From Camelus dromedarius (lineage: Eukaryota): a stretch of 64,000 nucleotides of DNA. The DNA lies in NCBI RefSeq assembly GCF_036321535.1, contig NC_087436.1, positions 103,852,001-103,916,000 of the forward strand, in the 5' to 3' direction. The notes beneath the pieces are model-generated. The model was not told the DNA's origin. It saw only the letters and a program-made list of their open reading frames with translations, and searched no databases. Positions 38,010 to 49,110 of the stretch are shown piece after piece. The number at the start of each line of letters is the position of its first letter. The first letter of the stretch is position 1. The position numbers were made by a program, and so were the translations under genes.

Positions 38010-38480
38010 TGGGAGGTGAGCGGCATGCATTACTTATAAGACTCCACTGAAATGTAAATTGAGGTGAGTTTATTGGCTCCCTTGGTCTTAAATGGAATCA
38101 TGAAGTATTCATTGGGTCCAGCCAAGGCCTTTCAGATCTGGAGCTCCGCGAGAAATAAGCGGCATGCTAAGATTACGTTAATAAAAAATAAATAAATCCG
38201 TGTCCAGGAAACTCGTGCTTGTGCACTATAAAACTGCCCATTCTGTACATATTAATGTTTAATGTGTTTGTAAAAAGCAGTCGGCTTTGCCGAGCACAGC
38301 AACAAACCTGTCCCGCAACCCTCACTACTTAACATCTCAGCACGGCGCCTAAGTGCTCCGGGGGAGACCGGGCCAGCCGGGCCAGCCGGGCGGGGAAGAG
38401 GTGCTCTGAGCAGCACCTCATCTTCCAGATACATTGAAAAGTTGCTTGGCTCGGAGGAAACACGCTGGCCTGCTGCTGAT
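38010..38480. promoter_or_regulatory. Candidate enhancer
   Basis: Repeat-free. AT-rich TAAT/TTTAT/TAATAAA motifs adjoin a CpG-rich GC patch. Function is inferred. Confidence 0.35.
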
Positions 38481-39384
38481 GCGAGTTAGAGTCAAACTTT
38501 CAGCCACCTTCCTGTTCCATCGGCTGGCCCCACTCAGGGAAAAGGCCAGAGAAGTGCATGTCTTCAGAACAGAATACACAATGACTGGAAATCTGTTGAA
38601 AGAAGGACACTCTTTAAGGAAAGGTAACCACATCCAGATAAACAAAGTGTGTTTTAAGGGAGAAAAAAATACTATAAACACTCAACTCAGAGAAGCAAGA
38701 GTACTTTTTGGTTTAAGACCACGTATACCACCCCAGGTGTTTCCCCAGAAATTTCTAGAAAAAGTGCACCAATCGATCTGAACCATCGCTTTCCTAGGCT
38801 GCTGGGCAGCAGGCTGCACATCAGAGAGGCTGCACTTGGTAGCCGGTATGTTTTGCTTTGGGTCCCAAGTCAGTGCAGAGAAATCTCTGCTTCCCCTAAG
38901 CTGATTTGCAGTCAGAAAACACCTCTGAGCCCCATGGACCAAACCTCAGCCTTCCCACATGCCTCTGGGTTACTTTTCATCCTGAGGCACCACTTGGAAC
39001 CAAACAGTGAAACGAGAAAAGACAGGTGCAGAGAACAGAGCTGACCACTCAGGGATGGGAATACAGGCTCAAATCCAGCATCAGGTACCCGCCTCGCTGC
39101 TAACTGCCCAGCAAACCTAGCGGGTCTGCAAAACTGGAGTGTGGACAACCGAGAGGGACCAGCTTTCAAGCTGCCTCGCGCTCCACGTCCTGGCAGTCAG
39201 CAGACCCAGTTTCCCTTCTGCCTGGACTGCAGGGCCATCCACGATGTCCTTGAAGTCAGGGACCAAGCTCTGGCAGAGAGAACGTAGGGGCCATAACAGC
39301 TGGGAGACACTCGGAGCTCGGCTTATGTGAAGCACAGGAGGCTGGCTTACCACCTTCCCACAGAAGCTTTGCTTCTCACACTCG

Positions 39385-39443
39385 GTGTTGGGGGTCGAAT
39401 TGTATCCCCTCAAAAAGATACACTGAAGCCCTAACCCCTGGTA
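39385..39443 (+). mobile_element. Truncated 5' end of an MLT1 LTR
   Basis: gggtcgaattgtatcccctcaaaaagatacactgaagccctaacccctggtac matches the start of the 14477 element. Confidence 0.75.
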
Positions 39444-39741
39444 CTTGGACATACTGGCAACTTTGACTTGAGGGTAAGAGTAATGATGTTAATGATAATG
39501 GTCTCTTCATCTGATTGAACTTGGACACTTTGCTTCCAACGGTGTTTTAGCGCAACTGTGGATTTGAAGCTTTTACTCAGAAATTTACATTTAGGAAATG
39601 TCTTTTTTCTCGAGGAGACGTTGGAAAGGTCACGGAGAGCATTAATGTGGAGCAAGCTGGTCCCTGCTGCAGGATTAAGGACGATCATCTGCAGAGGAGC
39701 GGGGACGGGCTGCAGGTGCTTCAGGTTGTGGACCTGGACTC
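39444..39741 (+). repeat. Left arm of long-range inverted repeat
   Basis: Reverse complement of 41583-41879. Core 39630-39741 aligns by hand at 99/109 ungapped columns, with perfect runs of 24, 21, 17 and 13 bp. Confidence 0.95.
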
Positions 39742-40906
39742 TTTCTTTCCTGAAGTCTGACCTTCTCTCCCTCCCTTCCTCCTCTCCTGCTTTGTGACCG
39801 TCATTTCCAACTGCCCACACTGGCTTTGCTATTCAGGCCTCCAGGCCCGTGCCCATGCTCTTCACTGAGCCTGGAACACCTTGTCACTTGTCATTCTCCA
39901 AAGACACTGTTTGTCACCCTTCCTCCAGGAAGCTTTCCTGGATAGTCCCATCTAAGTGTCTTACCTCACACCCTTTGCATCTTGTGCGTAACCCACAATA
40001 CTGTCATCACCTGCATGCCTGCGAGGGCTCCCTCTTGAGCCCGCCTCTGCAGCCACAGCTCTGGTGCAAGAGAAATTCCAGGTGAATGTTTACCTGGACT
40101 AGGGTGGGGATGGAGTGAGCGGTGTGGGAAGAGACAGAAGGATGAGGATGAGGACGGAGAGGACTCAGAGGAGAAGGACCAGAGCAGGACTGAGTTGGGC
40201 TCCTCAGGGATGAGCCTGGAATGAGCCTGGTTTTGAGTCATCTGACAATGACCTTTAGAACAGGGTAGGAGCACGTTTATTTAGGGAAGAAGCTGGAGAT
40301 GTGTGATAACTAAGTGTTTCACTCTCATGAACTCATAGTTTGGCTTCGGAGATCTGCTTTTCCCAAACCACCTCACTCTGGCCTGCAGCAGTGAAAAATA
40401 TTCTGGACCGTTAACCTCAACCATTCTAGAAATACCACGACTTCATGGAGCTGAGTCTGTCTTTGACTCTCTGGGATGGACCCCACTCCATGTCTTTCTG
40501 TGTCTGAACAAGATGAATGAATGAATGAGGTTCACCATGCAGGATGAACAACACCTGGCCCTAACCGTGAGCATAGCTGGGCATAACGAGCAGAGATTTT
40601 GGAGTCAGGCCAGTTTGCAGCTAACACTTCTAGCTGTGACCTTCAGCAAATGATAGCCTCTGGGAGCCCCCATTCCCTCAGCAGCAAAATGGTTGTTAGC
40701 AAGAACTGAAGAAAAATACCTAAAATTCCTTTCCCCTAACAGGTCCTTAATTCCAGGAGTCTCCTTCCTCATCCCTCCGTCCTCCCCTTCCTCCTTCCTT
40801 CATTCCTTCTTTGTAACTAGCATCTGCAGAACGCCAGCTGCCAGGCCCCGTGTGCTAGAGGCTCTCCTGTCTATCATCTCCATTAATCTCCTCCTTCCAG
40901 GTGAAC

Positions 40907-41300
40907 TGTCCTCCGGGATGGGTTTGCTAGGGCTGCCACTGTCAGATCAAGGTGTGGGCGGGGCTGGTCCCTCCCACAGGCTGGGAGGGAGCCTGTCCCG
41001 GGCCTCTCTCCCAGCTCCTGGAGGATCGCTGGAGTTCTTCCGGTGCTCCTTGGCTTGTAAAGCACCACCCCATCCCTGCCTTCATCTTCACGCAGTGCCC
41101 TCCCTCTCTGTGTCTCTGTGCTCCAATTTCCCCTTTTTATAAGGACACCAGTCATACTGGATTAAAGCCCACCCTGGTGACCTCACCTTAACTTGATCCT
41201 GTTTAAATAGTGCATAGACCCCATCTCCAAGTAAGGGCACAGGCACAGCACTGCCCTTCATTCCCAGGGACTGGGGATTCAACACGATTCAACCCACTCA
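40907..41300 (-). mobile_element. MaLR solo LTR (MLT1B/C-like)
   Basis: tttgctagggctgcca..tttataaggacaccagtcatactggattaaagcccaccct..attcaaccc. It is homologous in reverse to 57958-58370. Confidence 0.85.
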
Positions 41301-41459
41301 CCTCCTAAAGATGGCCAGTGAGTATAGCCCTGGGACCCACACCCCTCCTCAGTCTCTGTCTTTCTCCCAGGAGCTGCCGTTGGTTAACTGTTCATGCTGA
41401 AGTTCAGGAGCAATGCAGTGTGAACAATCCAACCACAAGGAGACAGCCTGGGAGATTCT

Positions 41460-41610
41460 TATAGCATGTTTGGTTGGAAAGGGATCTTAAATATCTCCTT
41501 CTCTGATACTGCCATTTTACAAATTAGGATGTTGACATCCAAAGAGGAGCAGTGACTTCCTCAAGGTCAGACCACTGGATAGGAGTCCAGGTCCAAAACT
41601 CAGGCTCTGA
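41460..41610 (-). mobile_element. MIR/MIR3 fragment
   Basis: ttggaaagggatctta..ccattttacaaattagga..gtgacttcctcaaggtcagac. Confidence 0.7.
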
Positions 41611-41812
41611 AGCACCTGCAGCCTTTCCCCGCTTCTCTGCAGACAATCCTTAATCCTGCAGCAGGGAGCGGATCGCTCCACATTAATGCTCTCCGTGAAT
41701 GTTGAGAAAGATGGTGTTTCTCAAACACAAATTTGGGTAAAAACTTTAAACACTCAGCTGCACTAAAGCACAGCAGTGAGCATAGTGTCCATCTGAAATC
41801 ATATAAAGGGAC

Positions 41813-41843
<31 letters not shown>

Positions 41844-41879
41844 TCTAATAGTCAAGTCAAAATTACCAGGAAGTCCAAG
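41583..41879 (-). repeat. Right arm of long-range inverted repeat
   Basis: Reverse complement of 39444-39741. Contains a (TAT)n tract at 41813-41843. Confidence 0.95.
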
Positions 41880-42088
41880 AATGCCACTTTCCTCCCATGT
41901 CCAGTTTCAAGAAAACAACCCACAGAAATTGAGTCACAGTTTCGACCAAATACATATTTAATTCCTTACGTATTTTTTATATTTTGTTCTGTGCAGGACT
42001 GTTTACCTCGCTAATGATGAAATGAAATCTATTGTCACCAACTTGCTGGGGTTTTTTTTTTTTTTCTTTCTTTCTTACTCAGTCCTGA

Positions 42089-42104
42089 AGCGCCCCCTAG
42101 TGAA
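42089..42104 (-). promoter_or_regulatory. Candidate CTCF binding site
   Basis: AGCGCCCCCTAGTGAA; the reverse strand reads TTCACTAGGGGGCGCT, close to the CTCF core CCAC(T/C)AG(G/A)(G/T)GGCGC. Confidence 0.55.
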
Positions 42105-42745
42105 ATGTTTTTATATTTATGAAGCTGAAAAATAAGCTAAAAAGATTTTCCTAGAGCTGAAGAGAATTTTGAAAAGAAACGGGGGCAACAGTGGGGATGG
42201 GAGAAATTGTTTCAAGGGGATTTGAACATGATTCTTTTAAAATCTATTTCAAAACCCTTTTCTATATGCTCGCTCACGCGGAATGCCTAGCAGGTTCGTC
42301 CATGAGACAGGACGTTTTCACCCACAGAGCATCTACCAGAGGAATCCTGCAAGCCTGCTTCAGCCAGGTAGAAGGAACAGCCAGCACAGCCTGACGCTGT
42401 GGCCACAGAGAAGCTAGGGATTCAGCCATTCACTCAAGCGGGTGCCCTGAAACTTCTGCCAACACTAGGGCTGTGCCTGAGCTAAAAACTTGAAGGAGCA
42501 TCTTTCCAAGAGAGGAAATCTGAGAGTTATCCTTTGGTTATTTCAAGTTATGCAAACTTGGATTGAAAAGAGCATTTGATGGGGGTTGTGTGTGTGTGTG
42601 GAGGGGGGTATATGGGATTTCTCTGCAATAAAAAAAAATAATTAAGTTTATCAGCTAAATTTTTTTTTAATTTAACCCACAGGACTTGATAAAGCAAAGA
42701 AAACTCAAAGGAATAAATAGCACTAAATATTAGCTTCCTGCAGTC

Positions 42746-42922
42746 AGTAGTTTGCAACCCAGCCCCTGCATCAGTCACCCACAGAGCTTTTTAAAAATAC
42801 CCATTTCCTTTCGCTACCCTCAGAGATTTGCATTTGATTAGTTTGGGGTGCAGCAGGCATTCGTCTTCTTTCAAAAGTTCCCCCAAAGCCAGCCTATGTG
42901 CAGCCAGGGCTGACGGACACTG
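42746..42922. mobile_element. MER5B-like MITE
   Basis: cagtagtttgcaacc..gagctttttaaaaatacc..ttgattagtttggggtgcag..gcagccagggctgacggacactg. Confidence 0.75.
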
Positions 42923-43434
42923 ACCAAGATGAAGGCCGTGGCTCAGACTCACCAATGCCCCTTCTGGGTGGTATCTGGGTCTCCTCGGGGTCCCCCTACA
43001 GACAGGAGGATAGGAGACAAGATGTGCAGAAGGGATGGGAGTGCCCCGTGCCCCAGACCCTTGTGAAAAGTCAATAAAGTGGCTTCTCTTTATGGGCTGG
43101 CTTCCCAGGGGAGTGGCTCTTGGGGGATTCAGATTCCCACAACAACTCAAATGATCTGGGGGATCTCATTCACTGGAAGGGGCCACATGACAACGCTGCA
43201 GGGCAGCCTGCATGCCAACCAGAATGTGATGCTGCTGGAAGGGGACTGCACGGGGACACCTGATGAGACAGCAGGAACAGCTGAGGGGCTGCAGCAGCAC
43301 CAGGCAGGAAGGCTTCTAGAAAATGCAGGTTCCCAGGAATCTGTATCCAGAGGTAGGGCTGAGGGCCTCTGGATTTTATAAATGCTCCCCAGGGGGTTAT
43401 TCAGCTGTGTTTTCAGGTATGCAAGCTGCCAGCA

Positions 43435-44170
43435 TAGGAGAAAGAGGAGCCCAAACTTTTAATTCCAGCCGGTCAGGGTCCAAGCCCCAGCTCTGCCACT
43501 TATGAGCTGTGTGGCTGAGCATCAGTTGTTTGACCTCTCTGAGCCTCAGTTTCTCCATCTGTCAAAGTGAAATGCATATGCTTTCCTTATAGATGTGGGG
43601 TGAGGCTTAAATTTAAGAATGTGTGCAGGTGTCTGGCACGGGCCCCACGTGCAGTTGGGCTCAGTCAACAGCAAATTACATTGTTATGCTTCAGCCCGGA
43701 CCAAGCTTCCAGTAGCTCAGAATAAGGCTCTGGACCTACTCCCTTGGGCGAACTACCTAACTTCTCTGAAACTCTGTTTCCTCATCATAAAATGGGGTAA
43801 TAAAGATAATGATAAATGACACAGTTCTTTTCAGAACTTAATGAGTCAATTCATGGAGAACAAAGCTCTTGGAACTCTCCGGGCGCATAGTAAGTGCTCT
43901 CCGCTCTTTCCATGATGTCCAGCTTCGGGGCGTTTGCTCCTTTCATTAACCTGCTTTTTAAGGCCTCGGGAATATCCCACCTCCGCTTGTTGCCCCAGTC
44001 AACTGTAAGAAGCCATCAGAATGCAGTGGGATAACCCGAGCCTCTGCAAGTCAGTAGTCCCGGCTTCAAATCTCAGCTCCTGGCTTTAGTAGCATGTGTC
44101 CTTGGTTGTTTTCTAACATCTCTGAACCTCAGTTTTCTCATCAGTAAAATGGGTAGATAAGGGTCTCCAG
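43435..44170 (+). mobile_element. Cluster of three MIR SINEs (about 43435-43670, 43720-43900, 44025-44170)
   Basis: Three MIR cores: ctctctgagcctcagtttctccatctg, ctctgaaactctgtttcctcatcataaaatgggg and ctctgaacctcagttttctcatcagtaaaatggg. Confidence 0.8.
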
Positions 44171-45309
44171 ACTTCAGAGATCACAGTTAGATACCCATCC
44201 AATGTAATCCGAGCCCCCATGCTATGGCTTCTATGGGATTCTCCTCTCTTCAGATTTCTTCACAAGCATCCCTCTGCTGCAAAAGACAAGCTACAGCTTA
44301 GCAGCCCCCATGCTCTGAGCAGGCGTCTCTTCTACTCCCCTTCTGCTATCCTGTAACCAAGCCATCACCCTCTCTCCTTTCCACTATGCTCCAAGCAGGG
44401 GACACACCCTCTTCCTAGTTCTCCTCCAAGCACAGGAGACACAGACTGTGGTGTCTGGTAAGTCTGGACTGAAGGTCTGAACAAAACATCAAGAAGTTTC
44501 AGTATTAAAAAGGACAGTTTCAAACAAGGCTATTAGATGTCTCTACTCCCAAAGTCTGCTCGCCTTGCCCCTTCTTGATGGGCTCCACTGAGAAAGAAAA
44601 GAGGGAAATTGCTTCTTGAAGGATGAAGGAACCAGGCAGATGCTGGGCCAGGTCCCAGGAGAGCTCCAGCGGTACCACAGCAACCCCACAACTGTGCACC
44701 TTGGTGGCTGGTCCCAGAACGTTGCCCTAGAAAAAAGCGGAGCCTCTGCCCAGGACAAGCAGAGTGAGGTGGCCCAGGGAAGGACCACTGCAGAGGGTTT
44801 GTCAAGGCCCAGCAGCCACGTGAAGCTGAGTCCTCATGGCTAGTGATGACCACTGCCTCCATGGGACCCGTGGTTCTGGTCAGTGTAGCAGAGGGCCAGC
44901 TCCTCGGCCACTAACTGCCCAGCCGGAGTAACACCTGTCCATGCAACAGGACTGCTTGGCATCATCAAACAGCCCCATGTGAATACATACACACCCTCCC
45001 AACACCCAAAGGAACTGTGAACCCAAAGGTTGGTAGGCAGGGTTATCTGGCCAGGAGATGGAGATGCAGGCAGCATCCTCACCTGTTTCAGAACAAACCT
45101 CTTTTAGGGGTTAGTGATCTTGCCTTTTGTCTGAGACCAGCTCTTCTTTCCCCATTGGACAGGGACGAGCAACACTGTTCTCAGAAAGCCTGGCAATCGT
45201 GTCCCCTTCGCCAGCCCACAAGGGCTCCACCAGAGTCTAGGCACTGCTTGGAGGAGCAGTGGGCACTCCCAGGAGGGCACCATTGCTCCAGGGAAAGGTG
45301 ATTCCTCTT

Positions 45310-45603
45310 GAAAGATGCTGTAATGGTCAATAGAGGACACTGCGCATCTGACAAAACCTATAGAACTTTACAGCGTGGTGAACCCGGGTGTAAACCATGG
45401 ACTTCAGTAGTAACAGTGTATCGGTATCAGTTCACCAACTGTAACAAATGCACATTAATGCAAGAAGTGCATAATAGGGGAAACTGGTGGAGGTGGGACC
45501 AGGAGTGCCATCTGTGAGAACTTGCTATACTTTTCTGTGCAATTTTTTCTACAAACTGAAAACTGCTCTGAGAAATAAAGTCCATTAATTAAAAAAAAAA
45601 AAA
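45310..45603 (+). mobile_element. Old LINE-1 3' end (L1MC/L1MD-like)
   Basis: tgtaaaccatggacttcag..ctgtaacaaatgcac..ataataggggaaactgg..aaactgctctgagaaataaagtc followed by poly(A). Confidence 0.85.
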
Positions 45604-47479
45604 CGTACTCAGATCTGTGAACCTCCCTTAGAATGAAAAGTATGGCCTTACCCATCAGAGTGAGAATCAGTTCAAATGTCACCCCAGCAAATCTAATCAG
45701 CCCTGCACCTCCCAGGACCCGGTGCAGTGGCCTCACCACCAAGACACCTGCCCCACGTACAAAGTCCCCTGGCAGTGCCACCAGCACTCCTTCCCTGTCA
45801 TCAGAGAGCCCCTCCTTAATCGCTGCGAGCTTGCAATCCTCCCCCAAAGCTCGTGTTCAAGGGTAAATAAATCAGCCCAGTGGAGATTCCTGGTGGGGAC
45901 TTTGATATTACATCCAGGCTGCTCCAGGGGCTGAGAATTATTTCCTCACAAAGGTGAATACTTTCTCCTGGGCTGCTTCTGCCAGCCACATTCCCCCTGC
46001 CTGCTCCCTGATGAATGTGTGCAGAAGACCACAGCCGGAAATTCTGCACGCCTCGTTGGGCGAGCCACCGGGAAATCTATCCAGGGCTGATGAGAGCTAC
46101 ATCCGCCCACCCCAACTTAGCCAATTTGTCTGACCAGGAAAAAACAAAAACAAAAAAACAAAAAAAGTTGAAAAGAATGTCCAAGTTTAAGGCAGAAGTT
46201 TTTCATATTATTGTGAAACGTTTAGTATCAAGAGTTATTTATCACCCTTTGTTTACTGCATTCTACTCTGGTTGCTAAAAATAGAGAGCCCAGTGCTCCC
46301 ATTACCCTGAAGGTGGTTAAACTAGTGTTAGCAAAGCTACCAGGGGACTGAGTAGCAACCAAGGGTGTACCAGTAGCACAGCCAGGTGAAATGTTTATCC
46401 AGAGCCCCCAACAGGAGCATTAACAAAAACAAAACAACAACCACAGATCGTGACAATGAAGGAGGAAGGAAGACAAAATGTTTTTTTTTTTTAAAGCATC
46501 CCTAATATAAACACTTCCCTCTGTGCAGGACAGCAGGAGGAACATTCCCAGGAGATTAAACCCCTCTTTCACCTTTTGGGTTATCCCCTCACCTACTCCT
46601 TTCCCTCTGCCCTCAGACAATCTGGGTGGGTATAGGATTCTGCACTTTCTCGGCTTAGATGCATTTCGTGACAAGAGAATTCCAGCGAGGTACTTACTAC
46701 CATTTCTTCCCATCATTCACAACCCAACTCAGGGCCTGGCCTGAGCAAAGAAAGATGGACATCACTGGGCACATTCCCAGATAGGGAGAGAGCAGCTCCT
46801 GCCATGTTGGTCCAAAACCTCTGGAGCATCTTTGGTAACATCTGAAACTGGCTCCCCATATACGGAGAGCAAGGAGGGACCCGAGAAAGAGGCAGCCACT
46901 CCAGAGTGGCAGGTGGAGATTTAATAAGTAAGAGGACTTATATATGAGACTTGAGCGCTGTAAGATGAATAGATCTCTGCACACTCCAGTCAGAATCTTA
47001 TAAGTTTATCTAGAGTCTTTAATGGGGTTCAAGCACATGTGCTACCCAGGTGTTCTCTACAACACATTGCTCTTTGCAGTCTGTGTCCTTGCAAAGGATT
47101 TCCACTGTGGAAACAGTGAGCAGAAAGTCCATTCCAAGGATAGGTCTAGCTCATGGGGTCAACCTGCAGTCTTTTCCTCCCAGTGACCTCCTCCAGTACT
47201 CCATACATGATCCAGCTGTGGTAACAACCCAGGAAAGTGAAAGAAAGAGACAGATACAAGCAAGATGACTGATCTAGCTCTCCATCCCACCACCCTGTCC
47301 CAGTGTGGCTCTGCTCCTAGTGGCTGGGGAGGCCGATAACTCAGCTCATTGCCTGATGCATGGAGATCAGTCTAGACTAGCCTGTGTTTAACAGGCCTTC
47401 AGCCTTATTACAATTCCTCATATGCATATATTAAAGGAAAGTTTCTCAATTTGCAAAGAACCTCAAAACTAGGAAAGAG

Positions 47480-47598
47480 TGTTGATGATGCTTGCACATC
47501 GTGAATGTATAAATACTGCTAAATGTACACTTTAAAATAGTTTAAATGCTTGATTTTCTGTTATGTATATTTTGCCACAGTTTCTCTGTAAAAAAAAA
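47480..47598 (+). mobile_element. Old LINE-1 3' tip (L1MB-like)
   Basis: gcacatcgtgaatgta..tgtacactttaaaatagtt..gttatgtatattttgccac. Confidence 0.7.
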
Positions 47599-48269
47599 GC
47601 ATGACATGCATTAACTTCTAGCAGCTTTTGATTCCCTTCCAAGTCCCTTTTTGCCCTGTAATTCTTCCCCAGTCGCCTCCTTTGCCTGAGAAGAGGTATT
47701 TCTGAAGGAGAAGCAGTTGGCTTCTTACCAGGGGTGCTCGTACACTATTAAGAAGTCACCAAGACTCTAAAAGGCTGGGTTGAACTGGGCTGGACAAATG
47801 GGCATGATAGTAGCCCCTGGCTTTCTCTTAAAAATACTTGTAAACTGCTTCTTCATTTAACATACATGAAATTTTCTTCCTATCCCTTCAATATGATCTT
47901 CAGTATTTGCATAATATTCCATTTCTGGCTGGTTCGCCAAGGCCCCCAGGAATTCACCTTGGCTCACTCTACCCAGCTGAAGATCCTGAGAGTTCACCCT
48001 AGAAATTCCCCTCTGACTGGATCTTCACTGGCAAACATATTCATCCCTTTAGAGGGCATTGGTGGCTCCTTGTTTGCAACTTTAACCACTTGTTCAGGAA
48101 GCATTTATAGACATTGTTCCAGGACGTGGGCGTTAAACCAGAGCTTGGGCAAGGTAGGTACACCCAATATTTAATCAAAGAATAAAAGGGGAAAACCCTC
48201 AGAGGAAGCTGTCTCAGCACGCTGGACAGTTCTTTCCTTTGCAATAAATTCATCTGAGAATTGTACTTA

Positions 48270-49110
48270 CTTAGCTCGAGCCATTTTTAAAGCTCATTCT
48301 CTTTTAAAAAGAAAGCGGTAAGGGACGTGTGTTTTATGCCATGAGACAGCTGCAGAAGTTTGTGTTTCCTTTTGCTCGGTGTTAATCTCCACATGCAAGC
48401 CGACGCTGCTTTCGCTGAGTCAGCGCCGTTCCTTTAAGTGACCTGATTCTGTAATTCCATTATTAATATTATGAAAATGGCTTTGCTCTACACTATTTTG
48501 TGCTATCAATGGAAAACCACAGTTCCAAAATGCATTAGCCTTTGCCGGCTCCGGCAGGATTATTTGCATCAATATAAACCGAGTTAATCATCGGCCTATT
48601 TGAATAATCGGTCACGTGGCTCCGCGCACCTCGCCGGGGTCTCAGCCGCGCCTCGCCCGCCCGGAGCCGCGGAATTTCATTTGGGCCCCGCGTTCTCCTA
48701 AGCACTGCAGATTTCCTGCTCGCTTTCGTGGCAACATCTTGCCATTTACTTTGCCACATTTCCTCTTCTTCCCTGACAGTGATGTAAGCCCGTGCCCAGC
48801 CCCCTAATCAGCAGGTCGGAGGTGGTAAATGGCACGTGTTAGACCCGATAAGCGGAAGGAGAGAAAGACACGTTCATTAGGAAAAATAACGAGCCCGGGC
48901 AGAATAAATGTCAGAACAGCAAAGACGCCCCTTACTTTTCACAACATTAAATTGCCTTTGGTATCTTAGGCCTTGAGGTAATATTTTACCGATTTACAAT
49001 TTGCAGAAAGAAAATTAAGGCAGATGGGGATGTGGGGGGAGGGCGTGAAAATCAGATGCTACTAAGGGGCTTTTGACGCGTCGCCACCTGTGCACCGACC
49101 CGCACCTCGG
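48270..49110. promoter_or_regulatory. Candidate developmental enhancer / small CpG-rich regulatory element
   Basis: Repeat-free and CpG-dense at 48540-48740. Motifs: CGCTGAGTCAGCG 48413-48425, GGATTA+ATTTGCAT 48557-48569, GTCACGTG 48611-48618, CACGTG 48833 and GATAAG 48847. Confidence 0.55.

Noticed and set aside
45455..45866. S/T/P-rich 77-aa ORF and the opposite-strand 130-aa ORF
   Set aside because: They overlap L1/L2 debris and show no recognisable domain or convincing splice context.
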